NCBI RefSeq assembly: GCF_006345805.1
Contig: NC_043003.1
Location: forward strand, 35,278,001-35,342,000
Direction: 5' to 3'
Length of the DNA: 64,000 bases
Origin: Octopus sinensis
Taxonomy: Eukaryota
In this document: positions 13,351-25,999 of the stretch, piece by piece
Position numbering within the stretch: the stretch's first letter is position 1
Layout: every line of letters starts with the position of its first letter
Position numbers and translations under genes: made by a program
Notes under the pieces: model-generated
Told to the model about the DNA's origin: nothing
What the model saw: the letters and a program-made list of their open reading frames with translations, nothing else
The model's database searches: none

Positions 13351-14395
13351 AAACTGTTAAATCAGTCTCCACTTAGATCCGATCACCCACTGCGACCAAT
13401 CTAAATGTACACCAGTCCAAGAAAATAACATGGGCGACTAGAGTATATGTGATACACGACTGGGTGATAGGATTGACTATAACAATTTGAAAAGTACTTA
13501 TGAACTTATGTCAATGAAAGAAAACATATCCTTTTATTAACGATGTAGCTATTTGAATAGCTCAGGTGGGTTTGCGGTAGATTACTTAGAGAATGGTTTC
13601 ACATTTGTGACACAGTGACACAAAATCCGAAAAACTGAGATTATCCAAGTAATTCATAGACAGATATCTCTGTATACATGCCTTTCGTAACGTCAAAGAA
13701 AAAAAAGTATAACAAAAAAAAAATCAAAAGGAAAGAACTCCAATTCATATATGCGTCATTGCATGGCGGGGTGGGGTCATAATTCGACCCTCAGATTCAC
13801 ATCACCACCTGCTCTTTTGGTGCCTTGAGTGAAGTCCACTTTATTGCAAGCTATGTCACCGATTTAAGGATACATTCTCCCATCCTTCAACCCAATCATG
13901 GAGGCTCATAGGCAAAATCTTTCTCTTTTGACTGTGAGATAAGAAAAAGCGGCCTATCGTAAAAGGTGCACTAGTCATAATGAAACTTCTTTAGAACTTG
14001 TTTATATATGGAAACAATGAACAAAATACCCATTTAAAAAAAATATGGTAGGAGTGTATCCTGGACAATTTATCATCTGTTCTTAGTAGAAGGAGAGACC
14101 ATAAATTAGACCTCTTCTTGAATTATCTACAAGCATATATGTATATACATATATATACATATAAGTAGTTAAGTGAATTATCCTAGTATGGATAATTCGG
14201 TTAACCGATACCCGGGTAGCAAATTTACGTAAGAAAACACGGTTGAAGCTACATGCCAAGGGCAGAAATCACGTGCTTTCGTGTGAAAATTTGTGTGTTT
14301 TTTCTATAAATAAATGAAAGAATGGAGTCGAACGACGATTTAAATCGTCGTTCGACTTCATTCTTTCATTTATTTATATATATATATATATATAC

Positions 14396-14463
<68 letters not shown>

Positions 14464-14760
14464 CATGCACACACACACACAAACACAGAGAAAAAGAGAG
14501 CATATGAGGAGATATTGTGAGGATGACTCAAACGAATAGCTATGCGTTCTGAATGCTCAAATAGGTGTGCCACTAAAATTCCATTGAAACAGCAGCTGAA
14601 GTTGCTGTGGCATCTCTTTAAGCCAGTAGGTATAGGTTAAAGTAGTGAGGAAAGGCAAACAATTAGGCAGTGCAGGACAAGATAATTTACATTCATTTAT
14701 TTCAATCTAAAATTTAGCAACATAACGGATGCTAACATTAATACAAAACATTAAAGATAG

Positions 14761-14852
14761 TTGTCTGACAGCTGTTTCTCGGATATCCCAGCTATTAGAG
14801 CATCGTATCGAGTGAAGACATCGTAAGTTGGATCTTCCGTCATCGGAGAAAT
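14761..14852 (-). ncRNA. Degenerate hammerhead-like motif with enlarged stem II loop (possible solo PLE-type relic)
   Basis: Minus strand: TTTCT CCGATGA C GGAAGATCC-(about 40 nt)-GGATATCC GA GAAAC AGCT GTC AGACAA. Palindromic ACAGCTGT stem III and GUC site are present; stem I is weak and there are extra bases before GAAA. Confidence 0.35.
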
Positions 14853-14974
14853 ATTAGTTAGACAGTGGAAGAATGTTCCTCAACAATGATATTTGTGGTG
14901 ATTCATTATGTCCAGGAGGGTGGGAAAGTCCAATTAAATCCAGTTAGATTGTGTATAGATGAATATATTAGCAG

Positions 14975-16990
14975 AAGCTGACGCTAAATGATAACCGCTA
15001 ACTTTAATCATATGAATTTTGTTTCGGTCTGGTTTTTTGGGGACTCTAACACTTCTAAAAATCCCCAGAGAGCTGAAATTTTCCTGTTGTAGTTTTGACA
15101 TAGAGCTTTCCACAAAGGTATAGTATGTCAAGGTCAGATGATGATAAGTTGTACACAAACAATTAAACGAAAACATGAAATTAAAAATTAGTTTTCAGTC
15201 AACGTACACTTTATTTACAGTACAAACGGTATTAAACAAATCAAAAAGGAATCGTATAGCATGTGTATCATGCCAATATCAAATGATGTTCAAGATGTAC
15301 TACTGTGGCCGGGCCTTCTCTATCACCTCGACATGATGTTGGTTGCTCTTCATAAACATCAGCCTCTGTAAGTTACCATCTGACAAGGTAGTTCTCTTGG
15401 CTCTCAAAATATCTTTGCCTATAGAGAATAGGCGCTCAACTGCAGCATTGGATGGGATGGTGGTGTTATATTTGGTGAATATGTTGATCAAGACCTGATC
15501 ACTCAAAAAGGCGACTTCAATCAGGATCTTCGAGACGGCCTCCATCCATGTCTTCACCAATTTCTGAGCCTTGGATTTTATTGACCTGTGGCTCATGCTC
15601 TCCTAGAACCGACTGATGGTGCTGAAGAGATCATCTTCCTTATCATAGTTGCTCTTGGTACTGCTGCTCCCCTCATTGGTTTCCATTAGGGCTGACTCTA
15701 CGACGATATCCATTGGTTACTCTGCTAACCTGACTATTATTATACTGCTCCAGCCAGAACAGGCGTAACTTGGCTTGGAAGGTAGCGGTGAGTTGGTACT
15801 ACAGATTTTCTAGGATCAGCCTAAACATCCGAGATAAAACTGGTCCTCTTCTGGATTTTATCCAAGGTTTTTGCAGCATTAAACATCATCTGGGCGTACT
15901 TCATCAGGAAGCCGACATCAGAATCAGTGAAGGTCTGCAGCTTCAGCAGTGTCACCACCCTGAGGACAGCAGCCCCAATTCTTCTTCAGCAGAGTCAAGT
16001 CCTGTGGAGGCCCACCAGTCTTCTCTTCAACACGTCCAGAATGCTGTCTGCCGCCACCGTGCTGCCTCTCTGTAGATTCCACAGCCGTTGTGGCTTGGAC
16101 ATGGCCTTCTTGTACGCCGATTTGAATTAAGCGCTCTAAGAACCTTGTCAGCAGTCACGCTGGCTACCAGTGCAATTCATGTGCCAGCAGCTTCGGCAGA
16201 AACTTCACCAATGCTGGGCTGGCGTGCTTGCTTTGCACATGCCTGCGATGACTGGCTACTGGTACTGCTACCAGAATTTTGTCTATGTTTCCTACGGGAA
16301 GAGCCAGCCTTGATCCTCTCTTCAAACTGGATTGCATGCGCTGGGTGTTTCCTCTTGACATGCAATTTCAAGTTGTAGAGTCTCACCGCTTAACGCTTGA
16401 TGGTGGTCTCCTTAGGCTAGCACATGATGCACAGGAAGTACAGGATATCAGCTTTCCTCTTATCCTTTGATGTAAGGACAAAGTAGTCCTCCATGTGGGG
16501 CCACGGGTTCTGAGACTCTCGGCTCTCAACCTGAGTGACCTTTGCCTCACCCACAGCCGTTGCACGCGCCTCAGCAGGACCTTCATTCTCTGGCCGAACA
16601 AAAACGTCTTTACCTTCCATAACGATGAGCGATAACTTGGTAAAACGATAACGTACACTGTTGTCGGTGACACTGTAAGATCGTTTGTAATGTGACAACG
16701 TCGTAAGTGAACACAACTCAAAACTGCAGAATTAAACAATGCTACTCAGCTAGCCACTACTGCGTCGACCAGTCACATCTTATCACGTGCACATGTAGTT
16801 AGCCAATAGCGTACCTGACGGACTCTTCGAGACACGCCCACAACAGACAGGAATAAACGCATGAATTTGTTAGCTAACTTAAAGTTAGCGGAACTAAATT
16901 TAGCGGAAGCTAATTGGTGCCCTAACAGTTTCTAAAGTTATCGAGGACGCTAATTCGCTGAACAAAAAGTTAGCTTTACTAATGAGCTCT
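14975..16990 (-). mobile_element. Decayed hAT-superfamily DNA transposon (BED finger + C-terminal dimerisation domain)
   Basis: WPHMEDYF...FLCIMC...YNLKLHVKRKHP (BED zinc finger) and NTTIPSNAAVERLFSIGKDILRAKRTTLSDGNLQRLMFMK (hAT dimerisation motif); subterminal inverted motif CCGCTAACTTT / AAAGTTAGCGG. Ends approximate. Confidence 0.85.
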
Positions 16991-18358
16991 TATATATTCA
17001 CTATACAGTTATATATTCGTTTGGAGGCACATATTTAGTAATTGATATTTTAATCATGCCAAGAAGGACCTAATATTTTCCACACTTCGTATAAACCATG
17101 GGTGTCTTGAAAATGCATGAAAATCCAATCTCCAAGGCTTAATTTAAATGGAAGGAGTGATGCCGTATATATATATACGGCGAACGTCTATTCTACGACT
17201 GACCATGTGATGTTATGCACAGTTGGACATTTTTTCGATAGTGACCTATATACCGAGGAAAATGTATTGCGAAATTTTATGATTTTTAGTGAGTGATTAT
17301 GTTGAACGCATTCTCTGTTTATGGACTATTAGCCCTTAGTGTATTGTTATTGTCTAATTATATTATATTATGATATACTAAGACTTCCATTGGTATTTAC
17401 TATTAAGGAAGCAATTATATGGTGTTATGAAATTGCAAGACAAGCTTTTAGAGGTTAAACAGTTAACTGAGCTTGGAAATATATTACAGCAAGAATAGCT
17501 TGCATTAATCAAGTTTGAAAATGTTGAAAATATGTATGATTCATCGGATAATGAAAAGAAATTAAATTTATGAAATCATTAGCATTAAATGTTCACACAT
17601 TAAAGCAATAAATTTGACTGAACCGCAAAATATTTCTTCAAATATTTCTAAGTTTTGCAAATATTAGATACGTTTGAGTATTGCATGTTGCCTGAAAATT
17701 GTGTATCGTCAAGAGCCTAATTAAATAAATACTAAGGAATATAATACATTGAAAGATTTTTTTTAAATCTCAACCTTATTATGTATGGTTTGGGATACTT
17801 ACATTAACAAACATTCATGAACACATACAATACGTATTTCAATCTATATATTTATATATGCACACATAGATACATATGTCTACACACTCACACAAACACC
17901 CATATATACATGCATACAAGCACAACCTAATAATCCGTATAGAAAGCGAAAAGGTAAATGCTAATTGACAGTGAAAATAGTAATATAAAATTTTACTCAT
18001 GTGTAGAAGAGAAAAGAAAAAGAAAAAGAAAAAGAAAAAGGATATAATTTTTATCTTAAGTACAAAAAGTTGGTTCGTTTTTTGTATTTGAAACTGCATT
18101 TTGCTATCAAATATTGTTGAAACTGGAAACAGGCTCCGCAAGATGCAAGTATTCCAAACACACGCTGTATATCACGAATGTGCGCCCACATTTCCATGAA
18201 AATTTGAGGTTAAATGTATGTGCATATATATTACTATGCAGCGTGTCTGATGCATTTAAAAATCTGGTGGAAGTAGATCCAATTCACAGAGAGAGAGAGA
18301 GGGAGAGGGGGGAGAGAGAGACAGAAAGAGAGAGACAGATAGAAAGAGGGAGAGAGGA

Positions 18359-18394
<36 letters not shown>

Positions 18395-18826
18395 GGGGTG
18401 GAGAATCGGCCACACAGAATACGAAATTGGGACTTTGTTTATCAACCCCGAACTTGAGGAGTAAGTTAACCTCGGCTCTGCTTGGACACAGAGAACCATA
18501 AAATATACCACAAGGTAATTTATTTGAAGCTCTTACCACTCACCCATGCTCCTCGTGTGTGTATATACATACATACATACATACATACATACATACATGC
18601 ATATGAATATATTTATATATACATGCATAAATATATGTATATATATACATACATATGTATATAAATGTATATATATATAGTGAGAGAGAGAAAGAGACAG
18701 ACAGACAGACAGCGATAAGCTAGATAGATTGATATACATATATATGCATATATAATAAAACACACATACTGTATATATATGTATATACATATATATGAAT
18801 ATATATATACATATATATGCATATAT

Positions 18827-18871
<45 letters not shown>

Positions 18872-18959
18872 TACATAAATATATACATATATATATATGT
18901 ATATATATGTATGTGTATATATATATATATACATACATATATATACATATACATATATC

Positions 18960-19000
<41 letters not shown>

Positions 19001-19001
<1 letters not shown>

Positions 19002-19794
19002 CCGACAAGACCTCCCGCCCGTTCCTGGGACCGTCGCGTGTCGTTGGGTTTTCCCACGCCCGCCTCCGCGGGACCACTCTTCCATCTTCCCCTCAGCTGG
19101 AGTCCTTTTTCCTTAACCTCCTCCCCCTTTTTCGTTACACACACGCGCACACATATACACACATTGCTTAAATATATACATTACTCTTACACACATTCAA
19201 TCTACTCGCCATTTATACCACCACGACACTGGACACACACACACACTACTACTCAACACACGCTGGCACGCTACATACTCCCCCACCCCTTCCCCTCCCT
19301 CCCTTCCTCCTTCCTTCTTTTTCTTACTACTGACCTTTGTCTGCTAAGCTGACCACTGTCTCGCCCTACCTCACACGCCTACACACAGACGCACACACTA
19401 ACACACACGTATATATATTTTTTGTTTTTTCATCTCGCCTCACACACACACATACACACACGCACACGCACACACTCACACATACACACACATCTGTTGC
19501 GTTACCAACCTTGTCTCCACTCTTTTGCCTTTAAAAACCCACTTTGCTCTGTTTTCGTAAACATCCGCCTTTCACCATGTGCAACTCGTAAACACCAGTC
19601 GTCTTTTTTCTCTTTCCCTGTTGCCCGCTCTGGGATCTTTCTTTCCTCTCTCTTCCTTCTTTATGTTTCCGACGAAGAGCTCCGCTCGAAACGTCATACC
19701 TCCCTGCTTCCATTTCCTGAGCGCCTATTAATAATAATACTGTAATTGTTCCATTGTTGTTGTTTTTTTGTTTCCCGTTTGGATTAAAATTATA
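19001..19794 (+). repeat. 5' pseudo-LTR of the PLE
   Basis: Near-identical to 25211-25999, with only scattered substitutions and microsatellite length differences seen by eye. Confidence 0.92.
19663..19701 (+). ncRNA. Minimal type-I hammerhead ribozyme-like motif, variant core (5' pLTR copy)
   Basis: ATGTTT CCGACGA A GAGC-TCC-GCTC GAAA CGTC ATACCT: stem II GAGC/GCTC, GAAA core, palindromic ACGT stem III, GUC triplet. The core has C in place of U4. PLE pLTRs are known to carry minimal hammerheads. Confidence 0.65.
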
Positions 19795-20111
19795 CCACTG
19801 CGCGCCTACACGGACCCCTTGTACCTTGGATACCAACTCCCGGATTTTTTGCACCTACGGATTATTGTTACCATTCTTCCTGACCTACGGATCCCCGCAA
19901 CCTTCTTCCGGAGTACCACCATTACCGTGATTGAAAATCATTACCTAAACTGTCCGTTGACTCTCAAATCTCTTTCCTGACTTTTTTCAACTTTTTTCTA
20001 TTGCTTTCAAACCGTCTTCACCCTTTTTCTTCTTTCGTTGTTTTCCTGTTGTCTCTCCTTTTTCCTGTTTCGCCACCACCCACCTTTACCTGTTTGCCAC
20101 CACTTCTCATC

Positions 20112-22956
20112 ATGCCTGACTTGCACTCGTTCGTCCAACACCTTCAATCCCTCCTCAGCCGCTACCTCGCGTTCTTCCCCCCACAATGTTCCGCACCTGC
20201 TATAAAACTTTCCCGCTTGCTTTTTAAGAAAACCCGCCACTCGAGTCATCTTTCCTTTCTTAGCCGGTGCCTCCGCCATCATGTCACACCCCGCGGGTTC
20301 CTCTTGAAGTTCCACGCTACCCCCTATTCCTCCCCCTTCATCGAACCCACCCTCGCTCGTACCTCCCGCTCCCTCCTCCGCGCCACCATCCGCTCCACCC
20401 GCCCCTCCTTGACTCCCTCGACCATCAACTTCCCCAGGCCTACCTCCTTCTCTCCGCCCTGCCCTCACTCTTCACCCAACCTATCCTCCGCTTCATTCTT
20501 AATCTCAACCACCAACTCTACAACCACCTCACACACACAAAAAACAAAAAACTCCACCTCCTCCTCAACCCCTCACCCCCTTCCCCATCCTCCCCCACTG
20601 TTCCCCCCTCCTTCGCACCTACCCCACCCTTCCACGGACCCACACACCCCCACCGTGACCTTCCTACGCCTAACCCATCTTCACCCAACCACCCCTACCC
20701 TCCCCTTCACACCCCTGCACCCCCTCCGCCTGCCCCTAGTCCTCCCACCACCCCGCTTCTTCGCGCTGTTGTCACTATACCCCCCACCTCCCCCTCTCCG
20801 CCGCTGAGCGCTCCCTCCTCAGTAAGGGTCTCCGCTTCACGCCACTCACGCGCCACTGTGATGAGTTCGAGACTCGGGCGGACGTCAACCTGTTCCTGCG
20901 CCGCCGTCTCAAACTTCGCGCATACTACCACGCGTCCCCGCAGCGTCACAAAAATCAGGATTGCCTTTTGGAGCTGGGGCGTCGTCCATCCATCTGGACG
21001 CCGCCCCCAGGCCTTTTCAGTAGCCTAGATTCGTTTGTACATGACTGCAACGCTTTGGTCCACCGTTTCAACTTTGCACCAAGACCCCGCCGAGCCAACC
21101 TCACTCGGCCGAATCCATTGCCCTTCGCCACCTCCGCCGTCGTGATGACATTGTCATCAAACCGGCGGACAAAGGCGGGGCAGTGGTAGTGTGGCGCGCG
21201 GACCTATACAGGGAGGAAGCGCTCAACCAGCTTCAAAATCCACTCTTCTATCGCCTCCTCCCCTCCGATCCCACCTCCTCCTACCAACAGCGAGTGTCCT
21301 CCACCATCCACGACCTCATCTCCTCCTCCGCTCTCCCCCTCACCGCCACCAACCTCATCGTCCGCACACCCCGCACCTCCACCATCTACTTCCTTCCCAA
21401 GATCCATAAACCCTCTAATCCTGGCCGTCCCATAGTCTCTGCCTGTAATTGCCCCACTGAACTCATCTCCCTATACCTCGACCGCATCCTGTCCCCCTTA
21501 GTCGCAGCCCTCCCATCCCACATACACGACACCAACCACGCCCTCCGTCTCTTCAATTCCTTTTCCTTCCCTTCCAGCCCCTCACACCTCCTCTTCACTT
21601 TAGATGTAAAATCCCTGTACACAGTGATTCCCCACAATGACGGTCTCCTAGCCCTCCAACACTTCCTCGACCGTCGTCCCGACCCCCCCCCCAGCACCCC
21701 CACCCTTCTCCGGTTGGCTGAGCTCGTCCTCACCCTCAATTGCTTCACGTTCGCCGGGGAAACGTACCAACAGGTGTCCGGGGTCGCGATGGGAACTAGG
21801 ATGGGCCCCAATTTCGCCAATCTCTTTCTTGGCTACATTGAGGCCCAAGTGTTCTCCCAGTTCTCTGGGCCGACCCCCGAACTATACGGTCGCTATATCG
21901 ACGACTGCGTAGGTGCCACCTCCCTTTCCCGTGAACTTCTCTGCCAATTCATCTCTTTCCTTTCCAACTTTCACCCCTCTCTTCAATTCACCTCCACCAT
22001 CTCCAACACCTCTGTCAACTTCCTTGACATCTCTCTCCGCATCGATCACCCCTCCAGCTCTCTCACCACCACCGCCTTTTTTAACCTACGGATTCCCACC
22101 TCTATCTCAACTTCTCTTCCTCCACCCCTTCCACACCAAACGAGCCATCCCCTACTCCCAGTTCCTCCGCCTCCGACGTTTGTGCAGCCGCGACCAGGAT
22201 TTCAGACCCAATCTCAATACCTGGCCCGCATGTTCAGACTCCGAGGTTACCCACCCATACTCCTCTCTGATGCCCTCACCCGCGCCCGTCGCATCGACCG
22301 CACTACCGCCCTGTCTCCTTCCCCCCGCCCACCCCCCAACCGCACCGCCCCCCTTCCCCCTCCTTTTCCACCCCTCTACCCTACCCCTTCGTCGCAAGAT
22401 ACTACGTGCCTTCCGTCGCCTCCAGCTTGATCCCACCACCCGCCCCATTTTCCCTAACCTACCCCTGTCCTCTTTCAAACGAGCCCGCAATCTGCGTGAC
22501 CTCCTGGTCCACAGCACCCTCTCTCCTTCCCCCTCAGCCCCACACGGATCATTCCCTTGCTCTAGATCCCGTTGCAACACTTGCCCCTTCATCACCAACA
22601 CCACCGCTGTCCGGCTCCAACCTGCACACTGTACGCATTAGGCACTCTTTTACGTGCACCTCGTCTGGCCTTATTTACTGCATTAAATGCAACCTATGCG
22701 GGATGCTGTATGTAGGACAGACGGGACGCCGTTTGTCCGACCGTTTCACTGAACACTTGAGGGACGTTCGCCTACACTCTCTTTCTCCCGTCGCACGCCA
22801 CTTCCGCTCGGCCGGCCATTCCCTAGATGACATCTCAGTGTTTGGTCTCGCCCCCCACCATGGTCGCCCACTTTCCAGGCTCCACTTGGAGCAACGCTAC
22901 ATCTTCACCCTACAAAAACCACCCCACACGGACTTAACACAGCCCCCTCCTCTTGA
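20112..22956 (+). pseudogene. PLE polyprotein (N-terminal domain, reverse transcriptase, Cys linker, GIY-YIG endonuclease) with several frameshifts
   Basis: Motifs across frames: HLSFLSRCLRHHVTPRGF, LSKGLRF, DDIVIKPADKGGAVVVW, IYFLPKIHKPSNPGRPIVS, LFTLDVKSLYT, GVAMGTRMGPNFANLFLG, YGRYIDD, KRAIPYSQFLRLRRLCS, CSRSRCNTC, GLIYCIKCNLCGMLYVGQTGRRLSDRFTEH, and a C-terminal PHGLN ending at TGA 22954-22956. First ATG at 20112. Confidence 0.9.
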
Positions 22957-22979
22957 GATCCGTTTTTTTTTTTTTTTTT

Positions 22980-25140
22980 TGGACACACACACCCACACAC
23001 ACCCACCCACCTACCTCCCACACGCACACACCCACCCACCTACCTCCCACACCCACCCACCACCTACCTCCCACACGCCTGTTCACACACACACATACGT
23101 AGACCCATCTACGTACATACATTCACACATTTAATCACACAACTTACAGACATACTAACACACACTAACATACAAACCAAACTGCACATACACACACACA
23201 TACATACATACGCACACACATACATACTTACACACACACACACACACAGACATACATACACACATACACACACACATACATACGCACACACATACACACA
23301 CACTCACACACACACACACCGCACGTACATACTTCACACACACACATGCAAACATACATGTAGGCACATACATACATACATACCTACACATGCACACCTT
23401 ACACTGAATGCACACACACATACACCTTTTTGCATCCAGGCAGCCCCCCTCTTTTCTGCTTTCCGGTTTTGGCTGATGGATCCTCGGTTCCCGCGTAGCG
23501 GGGCGTTCGAGGGCCTTTGCGCTCGCGCGCCTTGGCGCGCGCTGGGGGCTTGGTCGGCCCCTTGGGCTTGCGTTGTACTGCTTGTGCGTTGTGTGCGTGG
23601 GCGCGCTTCGTGCGTATGTATGCATACATACCCACACACTCGCATGCATCCCTACCCACATACATACACGCACACCTACTCACACACACATACACACACA
23701 TACCTGCACACACACACACACATACATACATACACATACATACCTACTTCAGACATACACACACACAGACATACACCCATACACTCACACTCACACGCAT
23801 ACACACACACACATACACACGCACACGTACACATACACACACACACACACCTACATACATACATTACACTTGTATACACACACACTTACATTCATACACA
23901 CACACACCTACACAGCCATACCCTCACTCAGACACACACATCTACCTACACACACACACAAACACACACGGACACACACCCATACATACATACATCTACA
24001 CACACACGCCTACACACATACATACACACATACATAAACACACACACATACACATATACACACATACGCACACACACATATACTTATACACATGCACACA
24101 CACATACATACATACACCCATATACATACACACACACATACCCACATACTCCTATACGCACATACATACACACAGACATACACATACACATCACACAAAC
24201 ATACACACACATACTTACACACACACTCACCTGCACGCGCACACAATGCATGACAAACACCCATACACTCACACTCACATACGCACACACCAACATAAAC
24301 ACGCACACGCACACGCACACACACACCTACACTCCCACACACATACACACGCACCTACATACACACCGCACGCATACACACGCATACACACATACATTAC
24401 ACACGTACACACACACCTACATACACATGCATACACACACACACAAACATGCACGGACACACCCAGACATACCACATACACCTATATACACACGCCCACA
24501 CACCTACATACACACACATATACACACGCCCACACACCTACATACACACACATACATACACACACATACATACACACACATACACGGACACACCCATACA
24601 TACTTACATACATACACCTATACACACACGCCTACACACCTACATACACACACATGCATACACACACACACATGTACGCACATACACACACATATACGCA
24701 CATACATATATACCCACACACATGCACACACACACACATACGCACATGCATGCATGCATGCACACGCGCACACCTACACGCATACACACACACACACGCA
24801 CGTACGCATACATACATACACACACGCATACATACACCCATACACATACATGCATCCTACACACACATACATACACACTCACACATACATACACACACAC
24901 ACTCACTCACACACCTGTATGTACGCGCACACACATGCACATACACACACTTCCCCACACCCACACGTACATACATACACACTCACACACATACACACAC
25001 ACACACACACACGGACATACATCTATGCACACACATACATACACACATACTCACATACATTCATCGGACACACTGCCACCCGGACATACACACAGACACA
25101 CTCACACATCCACACACATACATACTTACGCACATACTCG
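22980..25140. repeat. Degenerate (CA/TACA)n tract inside the PLE
   Basis: Directly visible; source of the 616- and 641-aa His/Thr/Tyr ORFs. Confidence 0.9.
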
Positions 25141-25210
25141 CAGGCGCGCGCACGCACGCGCTTGCGCCGGTTCGCGCACGCATACGCTCCGCAGGCACCT
25201 CGCTCTTGGA

Positions 25211-25999
25211 ACCGACAAGACCTCCCGCCCGTTCCTGGGACCGTCGCGTGTCGTTGGGTTTTCCCACGCCCGCCTCCGCGGGACCACTCTTCCATCTTCC
25301 CCTCAGCTGGAGTCCTTTTTCCTTAACCTCCCCCCCCTTTTTCGTTACACACACGCGCACACATATACACACATTGCTTAAATATATACATTACTCTTAC
25401 ACACATTCAATCTACTCGCCATTTATACCACCACGACACTGAACAACACACACCACTACTACTCAACACACGCTGGCACGCTACATACGCCCCCACCCCT
25501 TCCCCTCCATCCCTTCCTCCTTCCTTCTTTTTCTTACTACTGACCTTTGTCTGCTAAGCTGACCACTGTCTCGCCCTACCTCACACGCCTACACACAGAC
25601 GCACACACTAACACACACGTATATATATTTTTTGTTTTTTCATCTCGCCACACACACACATACACACACGCACACGCACACACTCACACATACACACACA
25701 TCTGTTGCGTTACCAACCTTGTCTCCACTCTTTTGCCTTAAAAACCCACTTTGCTCTGTTTTCGTAAACATCCGCCTTTCACCATGTGCAACTCGTAAAC
25801 ACCAGTCGTCTTTTTTCTCTTTCCCTGTTGCCCGCTCTGGGATCTTTTTCCTCTCTCTTCCTTCTTTATGTTTCCGACGAAGAGCTCCGCTCGAAACGTC
25901 ATACATCCCTGCTTCCATTTCCTGAGCGCCTATTAATAATAATACTGTAATTGTTCCATTGTTGTTGTTTTTTTGTTTCCCGTTTGGATTAAAATTATA
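25211..25999 (+). repeat. 3' pseudo-LTR of the PLE
   Basis: Near-identical to 19001-19794; followed by (TA)n. Confidence 0.92.
25868..25906 (+). ncRNA. Minimal type-I hammerhead ribozyme-like motif, variant core (3' pLTR copy)
   Basis: ATGTTT CCGACGA A GAGC-TCC-GCTC GAAA CGTC ATACAT; stem I ATGTTT/ATACAT pairs at 5 of 6 positions; predicted cleavage after C25900. Confidence 0.7.

Larger units (their letters stand above)
19001..25999 (+). mobile_element. Apparently full-length Penelope-like retroelement (Neptune-like) with direct pseudo-LTRs
   Basis: Direct repeats 19001-19794 and 25211-25999 (both start ACCGACAAGACCTCCCGCCC and end GGATTAAAATTATA) flank an RT + GIY-YIG coding region. The element sits in (CA)n/(TA)n microsatellite. 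Confidence 0.92.

Noticed and set aside
23471-23559. HDV-like ribozyme in the GC island (GGA-TCCTCGGT-TCC P3/L3-like; GGCTGAT/GTCGGCC P2-like)
   Set aside because: No upstream P1 partner for CGCGTAG, and the J4/2 segment reads CTTG rather than a C-x-A-A-type catalytic strand.
23476-25442. 616-aa and 641-aa ORFs
   Set aside because: His/Thr/Tyr repeats are translations of degenerate (CA)n plus the pLTR; no domain motifs.
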